Notes under the pieces: generated by a model | Databases searched by the model: none | The model's input: the letters and a program-made list of their open reading frames with translations, nothing else | What the model was told of the DNA's origin: nothing | NCBI RefSeq assembly: GCF_006345805.1 | Contig: NC_042998.1 | Span: 134,974,001 to 135,038,000 of the forward strand | DNA length: 64,000 nt | DNA from: Octopus sinensis | Lineage: Eukaryota | Direction of reading: 5' to 3' | Program-made: the position numbers and the translations under genes | Shown here: piece after piece, positions 12,370-24,480 of the stretch | How positions within the stretch are numbered: position 1 is the stretch's first letter | How the letters are laid out: each line of letters opens with the position of its first letter

Positions 12370-13330
12370 TCCCATGGTATCTGTTATAGGAACTTTTTCT
12401 GCTTTTGGTCCAGACGTTCAGGTTATCTCTATTTCCAAATCTTTATGTTTGATTAATTTTTCTATTTCTTTGAGAGATTACATTATTGCCTGTTAGGATT
12501 GATATTTCAGTTTAGTGGTATTTCCTTCCCGAGTGGTCCTTTACAATGTTCAGCAGATTAGCTTTGTTCTCTTTTGACGAAATAGATTAATATATAGGAA
12601 ACCTTCCAACTCTGTCATGTCTTGATTAAGAGTGGGCACTCGGAAACAATGCACCTAATTGTTAAATTCCCATATATTCTTCACATTCTGCACAATTACT
12701 TAATATATTTGGTTGCATTACATGCTTTTAATGGTTTCTGGTTAGAAGGCTTTGCTCCTGCTCCATATTTCAAGCTTTAAGTCCTTCGTTTCTCAAGTGT
12801 TTCAGTTTTCGTTGTCTATTTCCCACCTGTTTTTTTTAATTATTTTTTATCCGGGCACTGGTCAGATCGGGAATTTTGTAACCAACACTTTAACATAGCA
12901 ATCTATAATTTCATTTTTAGCTTTCCTTCTAAACTTTTCCACGATTTTGGAAGGTTGATTATGGATCTGTAGTTCTTGAGGTTTGCTGTTTCGGTAGTCT
13001 TACGGATTAGAATACTTTTCTCTCTCAGTGAGCCAGTCACGTGTTTTTGGGTCTGTCGGTATCTTATTAAATGTTCTTGCTTGTTAAATATTTTGTCCAG
13101 AAGTTTTGGAACTTATGTTCTAGAACCAGCCACTTGTTTGTGTTTTTAGTGTGCCTGAACTTCTTTTTATGTTATTATGACATCCTACGATTGTTCAAGT
13201 AGTTTATCTGGAACAGTCTCTTTCTTGGTCATAAACCTCCTCATAATTCTTCTGCATCCTGTTGATTTCTATTTCATGTCGATTTCTAACTGAAATCATT
13301 TGGGATTACAATCGAACTTCTCTAAACAAA
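12370..13330 (-). mobile_element. Internally deleted, decayed R4/Dong-clade (restriction-like endonuclease) non-LTR retrotransposon
   Basis: Minus-strand pieces: DWLTE / ILIRKTTETANLKNYRSI (start of RT), then LCRM...IVSECP (CCHC knuckle relic), RHDRVGR, and KEIEKLIKHKDLEIEIT...EKVPIT (RLE domain). Many stops and frameshifts. Confidence 0.7.
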
Positions 13331-13874
13331 AAGACAAAAAATTCGTATTTCATACCGCAGAGTTCTTTGTGATTTAACAAAGATATATTGTGGATCTTTT
13401 CACTTTAAGTGAAAAGATCCGAAATGTACAGTATTATATATCCATCGCGGTTGATCCTACCAATCGGTTTCGCGCAAGGGATACAGTGGAGTTTTAGTTA
13501 ACAATCTGATTATATAACCTTACGCTCTTCAGAGTTAGCCGATATGGAAGGGAATATGATGGATATATAATACTGTACTTATCAGATAATATACCCATAC
13601 TTAGACGACTCACGCGCGTGTATATATATATATATATATATTTCATTCTACACGTGTAGAATGAAATAAAACGATTTCTGTTCAATCTGCGTTCAGCTCC
13701 ATTTCTTCAATTCACCAATAATGTTTTAATTTCAATTATCCGCACCAACGCACGGTTGCAACGCCAGATGGTTGTACCTCCAACCGTGCTGTTCACTGCT
13801 GTGATTTTTGCTACTAAGGTATCGGTTAAACTTTTGATTAATCTACTACAAGATTATTCATCTTTCTATTTCAC

Positions 13875-13957
<83 letters not shown>

Positions 13958-14846
13958 ATCTTGTTTCAGTCATTAGACTGGCCAAGGTTGGGCACTTTTG
14001 AATTTTAGTCGAACTAACCTACCCTAGTACATTTTTGTTCAGCCTAGTACATATTCTATCGGTTACTTTTGCCGCACTGTTAAGTTACGGAGACTTAAAC
14101 ACACCAACACCCGTTGTCAAGAGGTAGAGGGAACATACATACACACACACAAACACGCGAAAGACTTCTTTCGGTTTCCGTCTACCAAATCCACTCACAA
14201 AGCTTTGATTAGTCCGAGGCTATAGTTGAAGACACTTGCCACAGGGACCACACAGTGGGATTTGACCCAAAGCCATGTGGTTGGGAAGTAAACTACTTAT
14301 CTCAGCCAGTGACCGTGCTGGAACACTGTCTCGAAGTCCAACGGATTCCCAAAAAGGTCTATATCACCCTTCAGAAGTATGTTAACAGCTATGAAAGGGA
14401 CGGGTATGCAATATATTAATTTTACATTTAATTACAACCTCTACATGTGAGTACAGGCGAATTAAAGTTTGGGCACGTAGGATGTAGTCAAGCATTTTTA
14501 GACGAGCAAAAGGTTGTGGGACACTTTAATGAACCCGAGTATTTCTGTTCCCTTTTATGCCGAGCCACTAAGCTCGCAAACAAAGCAACGTCGGTTGTCA
14601 AGCGGAGAGGGAAACAAACGCACACTTACATTTGTCTTTGTATTTGTTCCCACCACCGCGTGACAGCCGGTGCTGGTTTGTTTACGTCCCTGTAACTTAG
14701 TAGTTCGACAAAAGAACGATAGAATAACTACCAGACCAATTAAGTTGTGGGATCCGTTTGTTAGACTAAAACCCTTCAAGGAGGTGCCCCAGTGTGACCG
14801 CAATCCAATGGTTGAAAAACGATTTACAGATATATTTATACAAGCA

Positions 14847-14894
14847 CGCGCACGCGCATATGCACGCGCACGCGCATATGCACGCGCACGCGCG
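14847..14894. promoter_or_regulatory. Three tandem NRF1/EWG-type consensus sites in an 18-bp repeat
   Basis: CGCGCACGCGCA at 14847-14858 and 14865-14876, and CGCGCACGCGCG at 14883-14894; each matches YGCGCAYGCGCR. Function not shown. Confidence 0.4.
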
Positions 14895-15049
14895 ACAGAC
14901 ATTTTGCTCTCTATCTATCTATCTATCTAGGAAATCCACTCACAAGGCTTTGATCCGTTCTGGGCTATAAACACTCATTCAAGGTGCCACGCAGTGGGTT
15001 TGAACCCAAAACCACATTCTTGCGAATCTCGCACTAAATTGTGTATGTA

Positions 15050-15109
15050 TGTTTGTGAAAGAGAGGGCGAGAGAGAGCGCAGCTAGAAATTAGATAAAAG
15101 AACTAAAAG
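15050..15109 (+). promoter_or_regulatory. Candidate CPT1 non-coding first exon (GAGA-rich)
   Basis: GAGA repeats at 15061-15078; strong donor AAG|GTGAGT at 15110; lies inside the CpG-retaining domain; CACGTGAC E-box at 15303-15310 downstream. Confidence 0.35.
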
Positions 15110-18100
15110 GTGAGTTGTGAGATCTTACTCCCTGCCCGTCTGTCTGTTACGTTATTGAAGTGCAGGAATTCGTCCCAACCTTGAGTTGTTTTGTTGCTTT
15201 ACATTTTTTTTTATTTTTTAGTATGTTGAGTACAAAGGTCAAAATGTGGGACAAAGCTGTTCTATCCCAGCGGTTTTCTCCTCAACAGCAGAAAGCTTTG
15301 CACACGTGACTTCTAGTCTTGTATGAAGATTATGAGCTAACTTCTCTCTCTTTCTCTCACATTCGTTCTATTTTTGTTTTTCTCATATTATCGCTCGATG
15401 CAAGCAGGAACACATACACGTGTGTTTAAGGAAAAGCTAGTACAATAAAGATGTACTTTATTTCTCTCCCATTTCTTATTAGCGCCCTCACCACCACCAT
15501 TATATATTTATATTCGCCTCTACCTCTAATTTTCTCTTTCTCTCTCATTCAGTTGTATGAAACTTCTACGGCTATTTTGTCAACTTGAAACCTTGTAATG
15601 CTCTCTTCTAGTTAGCGTATTTTAGTTATCTTGATCAATTTTAACTTTCTTTTATTGTATTGGTGTCATTGATTTTTGCTCCTAAAAATTTCTTATGCAA
15701 GACACACATAACACTCAAAATAACTAAGATACATATTAAAATATATGTGAATTGTTATAAGTATCGTAATTGTTTATTTGAAATATGGTGTGTTTACCAC
15801 ACGTTGACAACTCTTTCTGAAGACAATGATATAGCGAAACGTGCGAAAATATACGAATATGTTGTGTGGGTGTGAGCAGTACCGTCTTAAGGCGCAGTTG
15901 CTGGGGGCTTCACACCTCTGTAGACCCAATTCTGACTATGCTGTAACTTGCTGTCAGTAAATAAATACTGTAAGGATCCAGTGCATTGATTTGCCCGGGG
16001 GTCTGTAATGCTGTTAAGACAACCCAGGGTAATGAGTGTAAACAAATAGAAAAATAGATTTGTCTTGATAAGAATGCAAATGTTTGTGTGTTTTGTCCTA
16101 GACAGCTGCAAGTTATACTGTTTCACTTACGTAATTAATAACAAATTACTTTACTGTGCTAGTCAACTTTTGCACAACGGAGTTTGGTTATTCGTTTTAT
16201 GTTATTTTTTTTTTTCAAGACTCTTTGAATCACACAAAAGGCTGTTTTTCGCCGGAGCTCAAAATCATAATTCCATTCGCACGTCTAGTGTCCGGGAATG
16301 TGTTATCTTTCGTAGTCGTCTTATGTCCACTTTGACCAGTTTGGCTTCCAAGTTGTCAGATCTTTGTGAGCCGGATCCTTACTCAGTGACAGGCTTGCAG
16401 TTGTTTTAGTTAATGGGTTATTTGATCCAGTAAACCTGTGATCAAAGATATTCCAAACTTAGCCATTGCATTTTTTGTTGTTGTTGTTTTTGTGTTTAAT
16501 TCATATAATGTCGCCAGGACATTATATGCCATGTCCTTCTCTTAAAAAAAAAAACCATTGCGTATATATGAAAATTTGCCTGCTATTTCTAACAGGTCGA
16601 GCGACCGCGCATTTTTCTTTTTGTCCGATGTGTATGTGTGTGTGTATATCTATTTTTCTGGTTATATTTACCCTCGTTACATTTCTCAAAATCACATTAA
16701 AGAAATGCACACACACACACACATATATGTATATATCGATACGCCTCGATTTGAAGATTTAGTTATCTTTAACTCGTCAAACAGTTACCGCAATCGCTTT
16801 CGTCTTTCTCGGAAAATTAGGATTGTACTATGCACTAGAACAGTTTCCTTTTATTTTCTCCTGGTACTCACTGAAGTCGTTCCCGGGTGATATAGTAGCT
16901 ATTATATTATCAACATACAAAATATTTCCACCCTTACAACATGATGAAGCTTTGTCCACTCTGGTTATTTCACACGTCCTTAATTATTGCTATGACTGCT
17001 GGTCGTTACCGGCTTTTTGCATAATAGCTAGTTTAGTGGGTTTGTTTGATTTGTTTTGCCGTTTCTTATTTAGGTGAATGTTAAATATCTGGGCGTACCT
17101 GACTTCCAACTAGTTTCAGGTCAATCGTTTACATGCACATAACACATAGACTGGATACCTGTATGATCCTATTTGAAAACGTTCCATCCAGGAGGACGAA
17201 CCGAATAAATCGTTTTTGTTTTACTATTAACTCACGGTCAACTCTCAATTAGCAAAGTTTTATTATTATTGTTATTATTATTATTATTATTGATTCGTAA
17301 GACATTATATAATGTACAATTTTAAAGACATTTTTCTTTTGTTTTGAGCGTGATTTGGCTGTTACTTCTAGCAGGTTGAGCGATCACACAATTTCCCTCC
17401 TTAACTCAAAGCAGTTAATAGTTGGAGTTTGCGCTGAGAAACCAGACGTTTTAAAAAATATTGTCCGGTATGCTTTTCATCGTATGAAACTAATAGTAGT
17501 AGCGCATAAAACATAGGCGGAGGTAAAGAATACGTACACCACCCGTTTTCGGCGTAACAAAAACCCTACCCTAACCCTAACCACCGGGTGTGCTTTTGCT
17601 ATATATATATATATATATGCAATTTAAACATGAGGACATTGATAGTCTAATATGACGTTAGACGCTCAACACTCATTGCGTCTGTTAAGCCGTGTTGTCA
17701 GGTAATGGTCCAGTGGCCTAATATATTTTGACAGTTTTTTCACCCTTGTACTGCGTTCTAGAGTAAGTGATCAACAAGATATTAATATTTAAGGATCACC
17801 TACTTTGTCCAATACTGATTTCAAATTTTGACACAAGGCAACGATTCCGTTGGGAGAGGGAGTAAGTCGATTACATTGACCCAGTGTTCAACTGGTACTT
17901 ATTTTATCGACTCCGAAAGGATGAAAAGCAAAGTCAACATTGGCGGAATTTTGACTCAGAATGGTACCGCTTAGCATTTTGCCCCGAGTGCCAGCTTTCT
18001 ACCTTGATACTTTATCGAGGAAGGGAAAAAGTCGATCTCATCTACTCCAGTACTCCACTGGTACTTATTTTATCGACCCCGAAAGGATGAAAGGCAAAGT

Positions 18101-19294
18101 CGACCTCGGCAGTATTTGAACTCAAACTTACCACTAAAGTATTGGTTCTTACTCACTGGACCAACAAACTTAATGCTAAATCTTATTTGAAATTTCTTTC
18201 TTCTCATCGCCCCGCCTCTTTCTCTCTCTTTTCCCCTCCCTCGTCTCACTCTCTCTCGCGCGCGTCCTTTTCTTTTCATACTTTTCTCTTCTTTCCTGCT
18301 GTCATTTTTTGCTTTTTCCTTTTAAGCAATGCTGTCTCTTTAAACATACTATCAATAAATTCTGTGTACATGCATGCATGCATGTTTTTTTCTTACATAT
18401 CTGAAAGATTTTCCTTTAAAATGGGTGTGAATGTGTTGTTGCAAGTACATACATGTAACATTCTCAATAAAATCTTGGTCCCTACATGATGTATTACAGA
18501 TTTATAGAAATAAATACAGTGTAGGTTAATATGTTATGTGTTGCTAGCAGGAGATTTTGTTGCTTGCCCCAGTTACTATCAGTTGATGCACTTTTCACTG
18601 AATCACTATCCTTCTGTGTAGAATTGTACTATATCCTTTTAAGCCTATCGTTATCTTTATCCGTGTCCTTGATGAAGTGTAAACATTTTTGTTCTCTTTT
18701 ATTTGTTCATTTTCACATAATCTACATTTTAATATTTGTTCTTTTTCCATGCTGGTATGGATTGGATTGGATTGGTATATTATACTCTAGCTTTCCAAGA
18801 ATCTCCATCTTGTGTTATCATCTAAGGCATTGTCAGATCTAACCACATCTCAAAGTCCTCCTTGGCCTATATTTGCCGTAGGTGATCCTCTACTATCAAT
18901 TCACATTTGTTTCCCTACTCAGTCTGCATCATTCATCATCATTATCATTAATTTATAATCCGCTTTTCCATGCTTGCATGGTTCAGGCAGACTTTTTATG
19001 GCTTGGTGCCCTTCCTGCTGCCAATTCTCACCTGTTTCCAAGTAATATTTCTCCATGACCAGACATTCCTCACAGAATATTGAAAATGATTGATTCAGTT
19101 TGTATGACAGTGACAATCATTTACAATTATCACATGATGTAATCAGCATACACACACAAGGCCTTCTTCAGTTTCTCTTTACCAGATCCATTTACAAGGA
19201 TTATATTGGTTTGGCATAGAAGCCACTTGGCCAAGATGACCATAATAGTGGGACTGAACTTCTGGGAAGCAAACTATTAAGTATTTCTGTACTA

Positions 19295-21035
19295 CTGTGT
19301 TTCCCCAAAATAAAACCTGCTCCAAAAATAAGTCCTACCATGATGTTTCAGGATGTTTTTAATATAAGCCTACCACGAAAATAAGACCTAGTCAAAAATG
19401 CATCAGCTTGTTAGCAAGACCATGTGATGTTTGCAAAATAAACCAACTGCCACGGCTTGGCTAAAATTTGCGCTAAGTGTGCATGCACAGAGTTGACACA
19501 TTTGGCTTGACTCCCTTGTTCCTCAGGCAAGTTGAGTGCAAAAAGAGAGCATTATTCCATGGAGTACAAGAAAGGAATTGTGGAAGAGTCATGTAACAAG
19601 AATCTTATGGCTTTCTGTAAAAAGATGGATCTCTGAATGGTTTGAAAATGGCGAGCAGAGTACAATAATCTTAGCTCACAGGTAGATGAGGGAAGTGCTA
19701 AGAAGTGCAAGTGTGGATCAGGTCAACTACCTTTATTTTCAGAGCTGGAAGATATCACCTCGGGATGGATTGCTGACAGAAAAACAAAGGCTTTAGTTGT
19801 ATGCAGGGCTGATATTCAAGAATTTGCTCTTGCAGTGGTACCACGGTTGGATATACCCCCCAGAGATATTCAAAGCATCACCTCATTGGTTGGATAACTT
19901 CTTTTTGGCAATATGATCTCTCTGTAAGAAGATTGACAACACTGTTCAAGCTGGAGGATGCTGAAGTGATTCAATGTGCACTTGCATTCATGTCCTTCGT
20001 TGATGGCATTGACTTTTCTAAATACAATCTCTCCAATATAACTGCTACAGATAAGACTGCAGTATTTATGGGCCAAGGATCTAAAATGACAAGTGAACAG
20101 ACAAGTACCTCATCAGTCTACATTGCCTCAATAGGTTATGAAAGTGTAAGAGTTACTTGTATTTTAGCAATTTGTCTTGTGGAACAAAAATCCCACTGCT
20201 TATCATCACAAAGGGCAAAAAAGAGAAAATAGAACGAGTTTCAAGCATTTATGTTCTTGAAATGGAAAAGGCTTGGTATACACAAGCTGTTATAAGAATA
20301 TGGGTTGATTTATCTATGCCACTTGTTTTACATGGTTCTCAAAGAGGTCTTTTAGCCTGGGATTCGGCCAGTATTCATCGCATAAAAGATATGAAAACCT
20401 TTCTTTCTGAAAGAAGAATTGACTACATAATGATTCCCTCAGGAATGACTTCATATTTACAAACATTAGACCTTGTAATAAACAAGGATTATTTGCGGAT
20501 GGAAGTGAATGAATATATCAAACATAGAATGGAAAGAAATCAGCATGGAAACTTTCTCAAACCCAGCCTCCAAGAAGTTGTGAATTGGGTGAAGAATTCA
20601 TGGAATAAAATTACTGACAGTTGCGTTGCCTATGCACTACATGCAGAGTACTTGGACAAAAAAAGTGTTTGTTTAAGGAAAGATATATAGCCAAACATGA
20701 GAGATTGGGTCCATGATTCTACAGGAAATGGATTTACAAGAATTTCAGTCTGAAGTTCAGGGTTTAATGATTTATAATGGTGTTCCAGAAGAGGACGAAA
20801 TGTTTGTACATGACTAAAAACAATAAGCAAATAAACTTTTGATAACTAAAAACATGAGTTTCCTTTTTACAATTTTTTTTCCTTTTACACGAGGACATGA
20901 GACTTTTTTGTCTTTCTTGGATTTTTTTTAATGCAAAAATATAAGACATCCCCCCGCCAAAAAAAAAAAAGCCCCAGTGCATTATTTGGATGCAAAATTA
21001 ATTTAAGACCGGATCTTATTTTCAGGGAAACATGG
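19295..21035 (+). mobile_element. Near full-length decayed pogo-superfamily transposon (DD35D, Passer/POGK-like)
   Basis: TA on both flanks (19293-19294, 21036-21037). Imperfect TIRs CTGTGTTTCCCCAAAATAAAACC / reverse complement CCATGTTTCCCTGAAAATAAGATCC, with subterminal AAAATAAGAC-like repeats. Broken ORF with CENP-B-like HTH, TDKT, WDSASIH and LQTLD; 35 residues between the second and third Asp. Confidence 0.9.
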
Positions 21036-23017
21036 TATAATTGTGTAGTAGATGTGTCCATATATACTTTCAACTATGTTACCCTCAAATATCTTTCTCC
21101 AACAAAGGGCCTTGTTCAAGCTGTTAGAATACTCTTCTCCTCATGACAATATGTGTAGACAATGACCATGTATATGTAAGATTTGCTCTTTCTGTTTTCT
21201 CTAAAACAACTGAGCTAAGTTATTGTTAAATCAGTTCAAAATGGACAGATTTCTTCAAACTTTGGTGTTGAGCAAGCTTTGACAACTGCTTTACACATTT
21301 ACAACATTTCTCATGATCAACAAGGTAACTGAAATTTCAAATCCACAATCTTAACTGTGCATTATCAGTTGAGGCAGATACATTTAATGTGGCTTTGGTG
21401 GTTACTCCTTCCCAGAGTCAGCCTTAGCTTTCTTTTCACATTAACATAATATAAATGGAAGACGATGTCCTGTTATTGAAAAAAAAAGTAGCAGCTATTG
21501 AAAAAAGCCTATATTTATAGAAACAATTTATCCTACTGACTACTCACCAATCAATATCATTTATGTTTCTGCCTTCAACTAAATCCATGATAAAGAATGA
21601 TATGACTGTTCATAATGAAGAAGACTATATTGTTTTACAATGCTATTCAATCTTGTCTTGGAAGAGAGAATATCTCTGCAGATTCTCTCACAGAGATCCA
21701 GTGCTGTAGATTACTTCCTGATATATTCACACTTCTTTGTTACCCTGGAGAACATCAACATGTATTCTATCAAAACAAATACTCTTTCCTTATTGACAAT
21801 TTCAACCAAATCTGCAATTTTATATTTGGAAACTTTGATCAAGGCTACACAGATATTCAAACATTGAGTTTGGGCTTTATCAGTCCAAAACATTAATCTT
21901 ATAAATTTATTGGCAATCATCAGTGATACATATTTGTGAATGACCAATGAAAAAGTGATATCAAGAGGACTCTTAATCTTGTCAAGGACATGGCAACCTC
22001 TTGAGTCCTGGTCCACAATAAGATACATTTAGTATACTATATAAAGTGGTTGGTGAGAAGAAGAGCATCTAGCTGTAACTCCTTAGCAAGTATCTTCTAT
22101 AGTCCAGTGCTGACCCAAGTCTTGTGAATAGATTTGGTAGATGAAAATTGAAAGAAGTGTGTGTGTGTGTGAGCGAGAGAGAGAATGTTTGCATATACTC
22201 TTGTCTTGATATTGTGTGATGGTTGTAAATGAGAGCATCATCATACATGCAATTCTGTACATTTCCAATCTTCCATGAAAAATATGTTTGGTCATTGGGA
22301 AATGTTATCTTGTTTGAAAATCGGCTAGGGTTGGCAGCAAGAAGGACATCCAGCTATAGAAAATCTACCTCAACAAATTCTTTCTGACACAGGCCAGCAT
22401 GGAAAAGTGCACATTGAATGTGATGATGATAGTCAGGATATAGTGTCTGCAATTTTTGTATTAGTTCCTTATATTAACAGCTGCTGAACAACTGGCTTTT
22501 ACTGATTTTATACTTTTTTGTTTGTCCCAACTTATTATATATAGTTTGTTGTGCAGAAATTTTGGCAGGAACATACCAACTATACTCTTTCATTTTATGA
22601 ACCCCTCCTACACACACATCACTAATTATATATTTGTATCTTTAGGACTATACTTGCCTGGTATTTTGACTGCTATGTCATGCCTCATAGGTAGATAGTG
22701 TTGTGTTGGTGTACTCAAATAATTGCATAAGATCTCACATCTCGGTGTTTTACTTTCACCATTAACCCTTTTGTGCATCAGTTATTTTGCTTATATTTCC
22801 TGTTCCTGAATTGCAAAAGTATAACTGTTGAAAGTGAGAGCTGTTAGTCCAAGAAAGACTACTCCGATTATATATGTTACTGAAGTTTTCTTACATAGCC
22901 ATGAATGTATGGTGTTTATGAAACTGTTGATATTGGTAATATTTGTTTTGCTTTAATTATTCTATCATTATATTTATGTATTTCTTTTCAGGTTTGCTCA
23001 TTTGATAAACTGTTGTG

Positions 23018-23158
23018 ATGGCTGAAGCACACTCAGCAGTTGCGTTCTCCTTCAGTGTGACTTCTGAGGGTCTCGATGTTAATGTCAACCGAGAGGTACT
23101 GGGCCTCATTTTCAAGAGTGGTGTCACATCATGGAAAAAACGTTTAGGAAGATTCAAA
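23018..23158 (+). CDS. CPT1: CPT1 coding exon 1 (exon begins at 22992 with 26 nt of 5'UTR)
   Basis: Acceptor ttttcag|22992. ATG at 23018 in gtgATGG context, with in-frame TGA/TAA at 23003-23008. MAEAHSAVAFSFSVTSEGLDVNVNREVLGLIFKSGVTSWKKRLGRFK. Donor gtaaga at 23159. Confidence 0.97.
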
Positions 23159-23699
23159 GTAAGATATTGCTTTAGCTAAACTATTTTAGTTGTTTCTTCT
23201 GTTAATATACGTGCATGTATCTGTCTGTTTCACATACTTGCTTTCTTTCACCCTCTCTTATCTCTCTACATTCTGAATTCAAGTCCTTCCTGTGTTCTTT
23301 GGCATTTATAAGATAACCCTCTATTGCTAGAATTTTCCTGCTGCCTACAGAATAAATATTCCATTTAGGTGATTAATTTTTTATTGTTTTGTCCAAGGAT
23401 GTCTTTAATCCAGCAGACCTATAGTCAAAAGAGTTCTATCTTGTCTTTTACTCTGAGATAATGTATCTAGGACTACATTATCCAGTTGTGACTGTTAATA
23501 AAGTGACATTTGAGGAAGATTTCTAATAGATTGCACAATTACAAAGAGGTTCCCTTGATGACTTATTGTTTGCTTGGTGATCAATAAATTACCTACCCTG
23601 TGGTCTTGTGTGTGTGTGTGTGCACAGTTATATAGTATATTTTGTAAAATCTGTCACTTCATATTTTTACATTTGCATAATAAAAGATAGTGATTAAAT

Positions 23700-24480
23700 T
23701 CATTATCATTTTACACCTGCTTTTCTATGCTTGCATTGGTTGGACATGTCTTCTCCAGCCCGCCACCTCAACACTTGTGGTTGGTTCTTTATCTCATTCA
23801 TGTGTTTCAGTATCTTGAGATAAGCTTTCACTATTGTACTCCATGTCTTTCTCGATCTCCCTTTCTCACAGGTGTCTTCCACTTGGATTACTTGGCACTT
23901 CCGTACCCAACTATCATCCAGCATATACATCATATATCTGTCGCAGCTTAGTATTCATTTTTGCATACTAAATCGTGATAGCTCTCGTACCCAGTTTTTC
24001 TTTCAGCTCATTTCAGTATTGCATAATTTATTCTCCATTGTTCATGCCCATTTACACATCCAGAAGAGCTGACTGGCCTTAATTTCTGTTAAGTTTTTGC
24101 ATTTCTTACCCTGACATCATGTAATTCAGTATTTCAATCTGAAATAATCCCTTTAGTATCAATAAACAATAATAGTTCCTTGAAATTTTTCTATCACATT
24201 CTTACTCTGATTTCTATGTTTTCATAACATTCTCCTTTGCTGCTAATTTGATTACCTAGGCAACAGAATCTATCACCTAGTTCTGGGGACCCCTCCAAAC
24301 AGTTGAAAAAATTTATTTCATGGATGCTGTTATTGCTAACTATTCCTGTGCATCTGCTACATACAAAGTCCTTCTTTTCTGTTGGCCTGCTTGCAACTGC
24401 ACTGCATCTTGTTACCCATAGTTAACATTGGTAGTCTGTGCTGCATTTCTACCAAGTCCTTTTTGAACTCAAGTAAGAAT
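23700..24480 (-). mobile_element. Decayed RTE-clade LINE 3' fragment
   Basis: Minus strand ASRPTEKKDFVCSRCTG and VRKCQVIQVEDTCEKGRSRKTW match the C-terminal region of the RTE copy at 51.6-53 kb. Confidence 0.6.

Noticed and set aside
17562-17582. Interstitial telomere or chromosome-fusion scar
   Set aside because: Only about three imperfect units, with no head-to-head arrangement.
20157-20690. 177-aa ORF as a possible host or domesticated gene
   Set aside because: It is the DDD domain of a TIR-bounded pogo element whose upstream part is frameshifted and contains stops.
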